64,000 nucleotides of DNA from an uncultured Gammaproteobacteria bacterium (GTDB taxonomy: Bacteria > Patescibacteriota > Microgenomatia > Daviesbacterales > UBA10151). The notes under the pieces are model-generated. The model was not told the DNA's origin and did no database searches. It saw nothing but the letters and a program-made list of their open reading frames with translations. Shown piece by piece: positions 17,477 through 26,876 of the stretch. A program made the position numbers and the translations under genes. How positions within the stretch are numbered: the first letter of the stretch is position 1; each line of letters begins with the position of its first letter. The stretch spans positions 9,013-73,012 of the forward strand of contig CAYOOO010000004.1 of the NCBI GenBank assembly GCA_964405655.1, written 5' to 3'.

Positions 17477-18310
17477 TTGGGTTTAGAAAGAGATAGGTTC
17501 TTTCAGATGAGAAGTCCTTTAGTATCGGTCATTTTACCAGTCTATCAGCAGGAAAAAACAATTGCTTACGACTTACTTAAAGTTAAGCAGGTTTTGGATA
17601 AGTTGCGGTATCAAACTGAACTAATTTGTGTGGTGGATGGCCAAGTTGACCAAAGCTACTCTCGGGCTCAAAAGGTGGCTAAGAAATATAAAAATATTAA
17701 GGTAGTTGGCTATGACACCAACAAAGGTAAAGGCTATGCTGTTAGGTTTGGGATAGCCAAATCAAAAGGAGAGATCATCGGCTTTATTGATGCCGGGATG
17801 GATCTAAATCCCAATGGCTTATCTATGCTTTTGGAACATTTTGAGTGGTACAAAGCAGATATTATTATTGGATCAAAAAGACATCCAGTCTCTAAAGTTA
17901 AATACCCTTGGCAAAGAAGAGTACTCTCACTTGGCTATCAACTCCTAACCAGAATTCTGTTTGGTCTTAAGATTAGGGATACCCAAGTTGGGATGAAGTT
18001 TTTTAGAAGAGAGGTCTTGGAAAAAATCTTACCAAGACTACTGGTAAAAACATATGCCTTTGATATTGAAATTCTGGCTGTTTCCCATAGTCTAGGCTAT
18101 AAAAGGATCTTTGAAGCACCAGTTGAACTCAACTTTAGAAAAGCTACCTCTTCAATTACAACTCAGAAATATTTAAGGATTCTTTTTCATATGCTTTGGG
18201 ATACCCTAGCTGTTTTTTATAGATTAAAGATCCTGGGCTACTATTCCAATAAAAACCATAGACGCTGGAGATTTGACCCCGAGCTTAATTTTAGAGTTAA
18301 TACAGGTTAA
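17477..18310 (+). CDS. GT2 glycosyltransferase, polyprenol-phosphate sugar synthase (DPM1/GtrB-like)
   Basis: N-terminal VSVILPVYQQEKTI and DxD-containing (VVDGQVD, FIDAG) GT-A fold. The C-terminal hydrophobic tail is typical of GtrB-like enzymes. Confidence 0.65.
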   Translation: MGLERDRFFQMRSPLVSVILPVYQQEKTIAYDLLKVKQVLDKLRYQTELICVVDGQVDQSYSRAQKVAKKYKNIKVVGYDTNKGKGYAVRFGIAKSKGEIIGFIDAGMDLNPNGLSMLLEHFEWYKADIIIGSKRHPVSKVKYPWQRRVLSLGYQLLTRILFGLKIRDTQVGMKFFRREVLEKILPRLLVKTYAFDIEILAVSHSLGYKRIFEAPVELNFRKATSSITTQKYLRILFHMLWDTLAVFYRLKILGYYSNKNHRRWRFDPELNFRVNTG

Positions 18311-19445
18311 GACTTTTATGCGCATCCTAGTTTTATCATGGAAAGACACTAAACATCCTCTTTCAGGTGGCGCTGAACAAGTAATGCACCAACATATGAA
18401 AAGTTGGGCTCAGGCAGGACACCAAGTTTATCTTTTCTCTTCTAACTTCTATCAGGCAAAAAGATCAGAAAAAATTGAACACGTTCAAATAATCCGTCAA
18501 GGGTCGCAAGTCTTGGGTGTCCATTTAGCTGGAATACTTTATTATCTAAAGCATCGCAATCAGTTTGATTTAGTAGTAGATCAGTTTCACGGATTGCCAT
18601 TTTTTACACCATTATATGTAAAGAAACCAAAGCTGGCTATAATTCAGGAGACTGCTAGAGAGGTTTGGTTCTTAAATTTTTTACCTTGGCCTCTAAACTG
18701 GATAGTAGGACTGATTGGTTTTTTAACTGAACCTTTAATCTTTAAGCTCTACAGAAACGTGACCTTCATGACGGCCTCTGAATCAACCTATAATGATTTA
18801 ATCAAATTGGGTATATCTCCGAAAAAAATTATTATTGTGCCTCATGGTCTTAAGGGTATAAATAGACAGCTCAATCTTAAAAGACCTAAAACTCCAACTA
18901 TTAGCTACTTAGGAACACTCTCCAAAGATAAAGGCATTGAGGACGCATTAGATTGTTTTGAGATCTTAAATAAAACAGGTAATTTTAATTATTGGGTAAT
19001 TGGCAAGAGTGAAACAGCCTCATATACTAAAAGGATTGAAAAAATGGCACAAAAATTAGGGCTTATAAACAAAGTTAAATTTTGGGGTTATGTCTCAGAC
19101 AAGATGAAGTATAAATTGCTGTCTAAATCACATCTACTAATAAATCCCTCTGTTCGTGAGGGTTGGGGTTTGGTTAATCTAGAAGCAAACCTGGTAGGAA
19201 CCCCAGTGGTAGCCTACAACTCTCCTGGTTTAGTTGATTCCGTCAAAGATAATGTTACAGGGATAATTTGTCAAAAGAATACTCCTCAACAGCTTGCAGA
19301 AAAAGTCACAGAGATATTAAACAATAAAGCTAGATACTCTAAACTACAAAAAGGAGCATATCTTTGGGGTAAGAAACACTCCTCCTGGAATAAATCTCAA
19401 AAATCAAGCTTAAAATTAATAGAAAGAGTTGCTTATGCCCGCTAG
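18273..19445 (+). CDS. GT4 (group 1) glycosyltransferase
   Basis: EX7E-type motif REGWGLVNLEANLVGTPVVA in the C-terminal half. Length is 390 aa. Confidence 0.7.
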   Translation: MTPSLILELIQVKTFMRILVLSWKDTKHPLSGGAEQVMHQHMKSWAQAGHQVYLFSSNFYQAKRSEKIEHVQIIRQGSQVLGVHLAGILYYLKHRNQFDLVVDQFHGLPFFTPLYVKKPKLAIIQETAREVWFLNFLPWPLNWIVGLIGFLTEPLIFKLYRNVTFMTASESTYNDLIKLGISPKKIIIVPHGLKGINRQLNLKRPKTPTISYLGTLSKDKGIEDALDCFEILNKTGNFNYWVIGKSETASYTKRIEKMAQKLGLINKVKFWGYVSDKMKYKLLSKSHLLINPSVREGWGLVNLEANLVGTPVVAYNSPGLVDSVKDNVTGIICQKNTPQQLAEKVTEILNNKARYSKLQKGAYLWGKKHSSWNKSQKSSLKLIERVAYAR

Positions 19446-20244
19446 CCCTTCTTTATCTATCATCATACCGACTAGAAATGAGCAGAAAAACATTCTAAGG
19501 TGCTTGGCCTCAGTTAAAAGACAAAAGTATTCGGGAAGGATTGAAACTATTGTAGTTGACAGTAACTCTTCTGATCAAACAGCTAAAATTGCCCGCAGAT
19601 TGGCTACAAAAGTTATTTTAGGAGGATTTGAAAGGTCAGAACAGCGCAATATTGGCGCCAAGGCATCAGTGGGCCAGTACTTAGTTTTTATTGATGCTGA
19701 CATGAAACTAAGCACACCCGAGCTTTTAGCTGAGGCTACAAAAATTGCTAGTCAGGGTAAATTTATTATCGCTTTCCCTGAGCAATCTGTTGGATCAAAT
19801 TTTTGGGAAAAATCAATTGCCCTGGAAAGAAATCTCTACAAACATGAGCAAGTCATTACAGCAGCCAGGGTTTATCCTAGAAAACTATTTTTTGATCTGG
19901 GGGGGTTTGATGAAAAGTTAGTGGCTGGAGAGGATTGGGATTTATCAATCAATGCGCAAAAACTGGGCTACAAGCTCATCTATACCAAAAGAGAAATTTT
20001 GCACTATGAACATATTAGTTCTTTAGGCTCTTTTCTTAGGAAGAAAAACTATTATGTCCGAAATATCTCATTATTTAAAAATAAACATCCTGAAGAGTTT
20101 ACCTTGAAATCCAGCCTAAAAATAAGGTTAGGTATTTTTTTAAAAAACTGGACTTTATTTCTGAGGGATCCCCTACATTCCTTGGGCTTTCTTTTCTTAA
20201 AGACCCTTGTCTGGTACGATTGGAAAAAATCAGAAAACGCTTAA
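19429..20244 (+). CDS. GT2 glycosyltransferase
   Basis: LSIIIPTRNEQKNI N-terminus; DADM and ED motifs (FIDADMK). Confidence 0.7.
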   Translation: MLMPASPSLSIIIPTRNEQKNILRCLASVKRQKYSGRIETIVVDSNSSDQTAKIARRLATKVILGGFERSEQRNIGAKASVGQYLVFIDADMKLSTPELLAEATKIASQGKFIIAFPEQSVGSNFWEKSIALERNLYKHEQVITAARVYPRKLFFDLGGFDEKLVAGEDWDLSINAQKLGYKLIYTKREILHYEHISSLGSFLRKKNYYVRNISLFKNKHPEEFTLKSSLKIRLGIFLKNWTLFLRDPLHSLGFLFLKTLVWYDWKKSENA

Positions 20245-21167
20245 TGAAAACTAAGTTACCAACTGTTTCAATCATTATCCCGACAATGAATAGGAAAGAC
20301 TCACTGCTTAGGACTTTAAGATCTATTAGTTTCTTAAAGTACCCTCAAAAAAGATATGATGTAGTGATTATTAATAACGCCTCTTCTGACGGTACATCTA
20401 AGCTAGTAAGGAAAAATTATCCAAAATTTAAACTGATCGAAAACAGCCACAATGTTGGCTTTGCCCCAGCTTTAAACCAGGGGATAAAAAATAGTAAAGG
20501 GCAATTTGTCTTTATTACAAACGATGATGTAATCTTTCATAAAGATTGCCTAACTGAGCTAATAAATTTAATACAAACAGATAAAAAAATCGGTGTAGTT
20601 GGCGGAAAGATGTTTTTTCAGGATCAGCCTGAGATTATGGCTTTACCTGGCTTTAAGGTTAACTTATGGCTAGGTTATTTCCCCTATGATTATAGGGGAG
20701 CAGATCAGGTTAGAGAGACCGACATAACTACCGGCGGATGTACATTAATTAGACGGTCGATTCTAAATAAATCGGGAATGTATGATGATGGTTTCTTCTT
20801 CTGCGGCGAAGATTATGATTTTTGCTTTAGAGTCAGATTAGCTGGTTTTAAAATATTATATTGTCCTAAAGCTATTGTTTGGCATGGATTTTTAAGCTCA
20901 GCTAAAGCTACAGACAACTTTAATCAGCTTTTTGCCCATTATCGAGGCAAATTTAAATTTATGCTAATTCACGCTTCAATTTTACAAATATTAACCTTTT
21001 TACCTATCCAGTTATTTTTTGGACCATTTTTTAGTTATCTTCAATCTCGGAAAAAAACTTTACTGCCGATGATAAAAGCTCTAATCTGGAACATAGTAAA
21101 CTTGCCAGCCACTTTTAAGGCCAGAGGAAAGGTTAGTAAACTGCGCTTAGGTTATCCATATGTCTAA
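20220..21167 (+). CDS. GT2 glycosyltransferase with C-terminal TM tail
   Basis: VSIIIPTMNRKDSL...TNDDVIF. C-terminal ILQILTFLPIQLFFGPFF helix shared with the paralogs at 24077 and 26029. Confidence 0.7.
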   Translation: MEKIRKRLMKTKLPTVSIIIPTMNRKDSLLRTLRSISFLKYPQKRYDVVIINNASSDGTSKLVRKNYPKFKLIENSHNVGFAPALNQGIKNSKGQFVFITNDDVIFHKDCLTELINLIQTDKKIGVVGGKMFFQDQPEIMALPGFKVNLWLGYFPYDYRGADQVRETDITTGGCTLIRRSILNKSGMYDDGFFFCGEDYDFCFRVRLAGFKILYCPKAIVWHGFLSSAKATDNFNQLFAHYRGKFKFMLIHASILQILTFLPIQLFFGPFFSYLQSRKKTLLPMIKALIWNIVNLPATFKARGKVSKLRLGYPYV

Positions 21168-21927
21168 TTTATACGGTGAACGTTATGTTCCTGGTCAAAA
21201 AGACGACCCATTTTTTTTGGAGCATATCCAAAGATACCAATTCTCAAAACCATTTATCAAAAATAAAAAGGTTTTAGATTTAGGCTGTGGTACGGGTTAT
21301 GGCAGTTTTGAATTAATAAATTTAGGTGCAAAACAAGTTTATGCAGTTGATATTGACAAACAAGCTATCAGTTTTGCTAAACGTCATTTTCAAGCTAAGA
21401 ACCTCTTTTTTCAACAAGCTAGCGCTACCTCCCTACTTTTTCCAGATCAAAGCTTTGAGATAGTTGTTTCCTTTGAAGTAATTGAGCATATTAAAGATTA
21501 CCAAAGCTATTTAAAAGAAGTTTTTAGGGTCTTGAAATCTCAAGGTATCTTCATTTTTTCTACTCCTAATAAAGAGCAATATAGAAAAGGTACATCAGCT
21601 TACCACTTTAAGGAGTTCAGTGCTCAAGAGCTTAAGAAACTGCTGCCTAAGGCTGGCTTTAAAGTTAGACTCTTTGGGCAATTTTTTGGAAATAAAGAAT
21701 TTAGACAAGCGCAATCAACCTATTTCAAAAGATACCAAATCTTAACATTAGGAGGCAAAAAAACTTTGAAAAAAATGCTAAATCTATTTTCGCCTCAATT
21801 TAAGGCTTCAATTTATAAAGCTTTCTTCAAAGTTGCTCCTGCAATCAGCCCAGATCAGATATACATTAAGAAGGGTGGACTTGATCAAGCTCTAACTTTA
21901 ATTGGGGTTTGTCAAAAGATTAATTAA
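21160..21927 (+). CDS. Class I SAM-dependent methyltransferase
   Basis: Motif I VLDLGCGTGYGS, then the post-I acidic residue (AVDID) and motif II region (VVSFEVIEHI). Confidence 0.75.
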   Translation: MSNLYGERYVPGQKDDPFFLEHIQRYQFSKPFIKNKKVLDLGCGTGYGSFELINLGAKQVYAVDIDKQAISFAKRHFQAKNLFFQQASATSLLFPDQSFEIVVSFEVIEHIKDYQSYLKEVFRVLKSQGIFIFSTPNKEQYRKGTSAYHFKEFSAQELKKLLPKAGFKVRLFGQFFGNKEFRQAQSTYFKRYQILTLGGKKTLKKMLNLFSPQFKASIYKAFFKVAPAISPDQIYIKKGGLDQALTLIGVCQKIN

Positions 21928-23047
21928 GTCTTAGGACCTTAAGATAAACTGCTTTAAGCCTCTCACGAGCAATATTTACCTCAAAAAGCTTAAGAAACCT
22001 TTTCCTTGCTTCTTTCCCCATCTTTCTTCTGATATCTGATCTAGTAATTAAAATCTCCAAAGTTTTATAAAGCTGGCTAGTATTATTTGGTTTTATAACA
22101 AAACCAGTTTTTTGATCCTCCACTAGCTCAGACAAAGCATAAACTGAGCTTACAATGGTAGGAATACCAAAAGATTGAGCCTCAAGCACCACCAGTCCAA
22201 ACCCTTCTGCCTTGGGAGGCACTAAAACAAAGATATCAGCTTGAGGATAATATCTAGTTAGTAAAGTTTTATAATCAACATAATCTTGATGGGTTATCAA
22301 AGGATTTGAAATATCTAGGTAACTTGGCACAGGCCCAAGTATTGTTAACCTAAGATTTGTATATAACTTGATAAGTTTATTAAAGGCCTGAAGTAAAATA
22401 AGCCCTCCCTTTCGCTCAAACCAAACCCCAGCAAATAAAATATTAATATTTCTCTTCTTAGTCTTTTTTTGTTTGAACCTGGTTTTTGGTATTCCTGGAT
22501 AGATTACTTCTATTTTTTTAGGATCTGCACCCAATTTTTGATGTACATCTTTGGCAAACTTTGAAAAAACGAGTAGCTTTTGAGCATGTTTTATGTTTAA
22601 TTCCTGATCATAAATCCCAAATATTCTACTTATTAGACCCCTAATAAAGTAGTTGATTTTAATTCTCCAGTTTGGCCAACCCAAATAGTCTTTCAAAAAA
22701 AGTGAATTTGAAGAGCTATCACTTAAAATAACTGGTGGTTTAATTTTGCCATCTAGTTTCAGGCTGTAAGCATGGCTATGTATCAAATCGTATTTCCTCT
22801 TTAACTTAAGACAGATAAAACCTGCTCCAAGAGGCAAAATCCTCAGTTTCATTAGAATAGACAGTCTGGATTGCCAGGCTGTATATTCAATTTCCCCTTT
22901 TTCCAAAGCATCTTTAAAGTGAATATATTCAACACCTTGGGGCGGGTATTTTAATAAAATTTGGGTATAAGTATTTTCGCCTCCCATCAGATTTTTTAAA
23001 TCTCCTGGTACTCTAGGATCAATCGGGCTAATAAGAAGCACTCTCAT
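21920..23047 (-). CDS. GT4 (group 1) glycosyltransferase
   Basis: EGFGLVVLEAQSFGIPTIVS motif. Length is 375 aa. Confidence 0.7.
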   Translation of the reverse strand: MRVLLISPIDPRVPGDLKNLMGGENTYTQILLKYPPQGVEYIHFKDALEKGEIEYTAWQSRLSILMKLRILPLGAGFICLKLKRKYDLIHSHAYSLKLDGKIKPPVILSDSSSNSLFLKDYLGWPNWRIKINYFIRGLISRIFGIYDQELNIKHAQKLLVFSKFAKDVHQKLGADPKKIEVIYPGIPKTRFKQKKTKKRNINILFAGVWFERKGGLILLQAFNKLIKLYTNLRLTILGPVPSYLDISNPLITHQDYVDYKTLLTRYYPQADIFVLVPPKAEGFGLVVLEAQSFGIPTIVSSVYALSELVEDQKTGFVIKPNNTSQLYKTLEILITRSDIRRKMGKEARKRFLKLFEVNIARERLKAVYLKVLRLN

Positions 23048-23154
23048 ATTTTTTGTATACCTAATTTAATATTTTATGTTATATACTCGTCTGGCTCGAG
23101 TTTGCAACTTTAAAATTTACAAATTAGAGCATTTTAGGTATAAATTATTGCACC

Positions 23155-24087
23155 ATGGATCTTCAAACAAAACAAGCAAAAACTATCATGATGACAGGAG
23201 CAAGTTCGCTTCTAGGGAGAGGGATCATTAGATCTTTACCAGATAACTACCAGTTAGTTGCCTGTTATCGTAATCATAAAATCCCAGTCACTGCAAGGGT
23301 TAAAGCATACAAATTGGATATATCTAATAACTACCAGACGGAAAAAGCACTGGAGAAGATAAAACCAGATCTGTTGATTCATGCAGCAGCCCTAAGTAAC
23401 GTAGATTACTGTGAGTCACACCAGAACGAAGCTTGGATGACTAATGTTCAGAGTACTTTTAAGTTAGTTAGATTATGCGAGCAATCAGATATTCCAATCA
23501 TTTTTATTTCTACCAATGCTGTATTTGATGGTAAAAAAGAAGTCTACAAGGAAGATGACCAGGTTAGTCCTCTTAATTTTTATGGTCAAACAAAAGCTGA
23601 AGGTGAAAAAATTGTCCGTAAAAGTCAAGTACCATGGATTATTTTACGGCTGATTACTATGTATGGCTGGCAGCCAGAAAACGCCCGTCTAAATCCTGTG
23701 ACTTGGGTATTAAGTGAACTCGAAGCCAAACATTCTATTAAAGTAGTAGACGATGTTTGGCTAAATCCACTTTATTATCTTGACGGGGGTCAGGTCATCT
23801 GGAAGTTAATAGATAGCCAGGCTGAAGGAATTTGGCATGTAGCAGGTAGTGAAACTTTAAGCAGATACGACTGGGCTAAAAAAACTGCCCAAATTTTTCA
23901 ACTAGATTCAAGTTTAATCTCCCCCACCTCCAGTTCCTTTTTTTCAGGCAAAATAGCCCCAAGACCTCATAGAACTATTTATTCAACTTGGAAGTTGAAT
24001 AATAAGCTAGGTTATCAAACCAAAAATATTTCTGAAGGACTTATGGCAATGTTAATGGAAAAAAAACTACCTCACGATGTACCCTAA
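23155..24087 (+). CDS. RmlD-like (dTDP-4-dehydrorhamnose reductase family) SDR sugar-nucleotide reductase/epimerase
   Basis: IMMTGASSLLGRGI Rossmann motif, YGQTKAEGE (YxxxK). ~310 aa, with no extended C-terminus. Confidence 0.55.
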   Translation: MDLQTKQAKTIMMTGASSLLGRGIIRSLPDNYQLVACYRNHKIPVTARVKAYKLDISNNYQTEKALEKIKPDLLIHAAALSNVDYCESHQNEAWMTNVQSTFKLVRLCEQSDIPIIFISTNAVFDGKKEVYKEDDQVSPLNFYGQTKAEGEKIVRKSQVPWIILRLITMYGWQPENARLNPVTWVLSELEAKHSIKVVDDVWLNPLYYLDGGQVIWKLIDSQAEGIWHVAGSETLSRYDWAKKTAQIFQLDSSLISPTSSSFFSGKIAPRPHRTIYSTWKLNNKLGYQTKNISEGLMAMLMEKKLPHDVP

Positions 24088-24982
24088 AGTAGCGATTATT
24101 GCCATAAACTATAACGGTAAAGAGCTAATTAATGAATTTTTAAATTCTACCAAAAAGCTCAAATACCCAAAAAGTAAGATCCAAATAATTGTCATCGATA
24201 ATCACTCAACTGATGGGTCAAACACGTTAATTAATAAATATTATCCCAGTGTTAAATTAATCCGATTAGAAGATAACATCGGATATGGTCCGGCAGCAAA
24301 TATCGGGATCAAAAGGTCTTCAGGCAACTATCTATTTATAGCCAATAACGACCTGCTCTTTCATCCAAACAGCATAAAAATATTGGTTAAATACATCCAA
24401 AAACACCCGGAAATCGGGATTTTAGGCGGGAAAATAATCTCAAGCACAGATCATACAAAAATTGCCTCCGGTTACCAAACATTTAACTATTATACCGGCC
24501 AAATCGATATAGGTTCGAAAGATATAGCAAGAATCACCAAAGTCCAGTGGGTACAAGGCTGCGCAATGCTAATTCCCCGATCAGTTTTTAAGGAAGTGGG
24601 CTTGTTTGATGAGAATTTTTCTAAAATTTATTTTGAAGATTTGGACTTGTGTAAAAGGGTCCAGGAAGCGGGCTTTAAAACAGTAATCAACCCAAACTCT
24701 ATTTTTTACCATTACCAGTCATATACTATGGACAAGGTGGTAAACCTATCTACAAAATGGTTTTTTTGGCACAAGAATAAGATTCAGTACGTTATCAAGC
24801 ATGCTAACATACTTCAAATCTTGACTGTAATTATTCTCCAAGGATTTTTTAGCCTTTACTGGACTATAATCAAAAACCAACCTAGCTTAACTACTTTTGT
24901 CAAAGCATTAGATTGGAACATTCGGCATTTTTCTATCATCAGATATAGGAATAATACTGATTTTAAAGTAAAAAAATTATAA
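24077..24982 (+). CDS. GT2 glycosyltransferase with C-terminal TM tail
   Basis: VAIIAINYNGKELI...ANNDLLF...FEDLDLC. C-terminal ILQILTVIILQGFFSLYW tail. Confidence 0.7.
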   Translation: MYPKVAIIAINYNGKELINEFLNSTKKLKYPKSKIQIIVIDNHSTDGSNTLINKYYPSVKLIRLEDNIGYGPAANIGIKRSSGNYLFIANNDLLFHPNSIKILVKYIQKHPEIGILGGKIISSTDHTKIASGYQTFNYYTGQIDIGSKDIARITKVQWVQGCAMLIPRSVFKEVGLFDENFSKIYFEDLDLCKRVQEAGFKTVINPNSIFYHYQSYTMDKVVNLSTKWFFWHKNKIQYVIKHANILQILTVIILQGFFSLYWTIIKNQPSLTTFVKALDWNIRHFSIIRYRNNTDFKVKKL

Positions 24983-25000
24983 TCATTAAACCTAAACAAT

Positions 25001-26029
25001 ATGTACAAACAACCCCAGAAAGCTAAAATCGGTGAGATTCAATTCAGACAGAAACTCACTCTTCAACACCTTGGGGAAGCTACTTCCTTCAAAGGAGCAC
25101 CAAACGCTAGGCAGATACTACAACTGCTCAAAGAAAGAGTAAAAAACAGTACAAAAATATTTAATGAATTGATTAATAAAAAGATTACCCTCTCTCCCTT
25201 TTTGGAAATTGGGGCGGAAAAGGGTCAAAGGTCAGCTTTACTAGTCTCAAAATTTAATGCTCAAGGATTCGCTCTAGATCTGTCATTTGAAAGTTTGAGT
25301 GCAACAAAAATATTCGCTAAAAAGTTGCGGTTAATTAAACTGCCTATTTTAATCTGTGCAGATGCTGAAAATTTACCATTTGCAGATAGCTCAATACCAT
25401 TTGTCTTTGCTTTTGAAACTCTTCATCATTTTCCTAAACCAGATTTAGCAATTGCTGAGATGAAAAGGGTCTGTTCTCCAGGTGGGCATGTTTACTTCTC
25501 AGAGGAACCAATTAGCCAAAGGTTTAATCTGACAATTTGGCGAAGAGATTACAACTTAAATTTAGTAGAGAAATTACTGAAACTCCTATTAATCTTACCA
25601 TTTCTGTCTAGGCTTGGCGGCGTTGAGAATAAATACGGAGTCTTAGAAAATGACTTCCCTATTTCGACCTGGCAAAAAGCTCTAGCTATATTCGAGAAAC
25701 CAGATGTCACCGTTGAACCTGTTTTCTGGGGTCCAAAATCGACCTTTATCACCCGCAATCAGTCTTGGCCGATTAATCTACTGACCCGTATTTTAATTGA
25801 GCTTGAGGGGGGCGGAATCACTCTCCTTGCAAAAATGGAAGGTAATTTACCAAAATCTAAAAAAGATATATTCGTATCTTTACGATGCCCGGTATGCAAA
25901 AAATCCGGCTTAAATAAATTTAGCTCAAGCTTGGTATGCCAAAGGTGCAAAGTTAATTATCCGATTAAAGATGAAGTTTTAATATTGCTACCGCCCCCGG
26001 AGCGAAAAAAACTTTATCCTAAATTCTGA
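25001..26029 (+). CDS. SAM-dependent methyltransferase with C-terminal Trm112-like zinc-ribbon
   Basis: LEIGAEKGQRS (motif I-like), FAFETLHHFP, PGGHVYFSE. C-terminal CPVCKK...CQRCK CxxC pair. Confidence 0.5.
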   Translation: MYKQPQKAKIGEIQFRQKLTLQHLGEATSFKGAPNARQILQLLKERVKNSTKIFNELINKKITLSPFLEIGAEKGQRSALLVSKFNAQGFALDLSFESLSATKIFAKKLRLIKLPILICADAENLPFADSSIPFVFAFETLHHFPKPDLAIAEMKRVCSPGGHVYFSEEPISQRFNLTIWRRDYNLNLVEKLLKLLLILPFLSRLGGVENKYGVLENDFPISTWQKALAIFEKPDVTVEPVFWGPKSTFITRNQSWPINLLTRILIELEGGGITLLAKMEGNLPKSKKDIFVSLRCPVCKKSGLNKFSSSLVCQRCKVNYPIKDEVLILLPPPERKKLYPKF

Positions 26030-26874
26030 TGTGGCCAAAACTTACCATTATATTTCCAACCTATAACAATTGGCAGCTAACGCTTAGAACCCTAAAATCC
26101 GTTGGACAAATTAATTATCCAAAAAGTCAGCTTGAGATTATTATCATAGATAATAACTCCAAAGATAATACTGCTAAAAATATTAAAAAGTTATTTCCTA
26201 ACATAATACTTCTCTCTCAAAAATCAAACCTGGGTTTTGCTAAAGCGATTAATATTGCCTCCAAGGCAGCTACTGGGGAATACTTATTTATTACCAACAA
26301 TGATGTTTCCTTCAAAAAAACATATCTAGCTAGATTACTTAGTTTTGCCATTAATACCCCAAAACTGGGTGTTTGCGGAGGCAAGATTGTCACAGAATCT
26401 CTGAACGGAAAATATTTTGATGGAGCAGTCAATGTCTCCCATTCGACTTCAGGACTAAAAAGACTTGAAAACTATCACAAAACTCAGGAGGTTGATTATA
26501 TAAGCGGAGCGGGAATGTTGGTAAAAAAGGATATTTTTGAAAAAGTTAAAGGATTTGATACAAAGTTCCAGTTTTATTTTGAGGATTTGGATTTTTGCTT
26601 TAGGGTTAAAAAACTGGGCTATCAGATTATCTATTTTCCTCAAGCGACTATGTATCATAAACAATCTTCTACAGCCTCAACTATGCCACTAAAGTGGCAG
26701 AATGATGTTTGGATTCAAGGAAAGATGCTTGTCATTAAAAAACATTTTAGGTTTTGGGTGATACCATTTATTATTTTGCTTAAAAGCTTATTTTACTTGT
26801 ACATTTTAGTAAAAAGGCGTCAGAATCGCTTTGGTTCTTTACTTCGAGCCATTACTAAAGTATTTTTAGCCTAA
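26029..26874 (+). CDS. GT2 glycosyltransferase with C-terminal TM tail
   Basis: LTIIFPTYNNWQLT...TNNDVSF...FEDLDFC. Paralog of the GT2s at 20220 and 24077. Confidence 0.7.
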   Translation: MWPKLTIIFPTYNNWQLTLRTLKSVGQINYPKSQLEIIIIDNNSKDNTAKNIKKLFPNIILLSQKSNLGFAKAINIASKAATGEYLFITNNDVSFKKTYLARLLSFAINTPKLGVCGGKIVTESLNGKYFDGAVNVSHSTSGLKRLENYHKTQEVDYISGAGMLVKKDIFEKVKGFDTKFQFYFEDLDFCFRVKKLGYQIIYFPQATMYHKQSSTASTMPLKWQNDVWIQGKMLVIKKHFRFWVIPFIILLKSLFYLYILVKRRQNRFGSLLRAITKVFLA

Positions 26875-26876
26875 AT

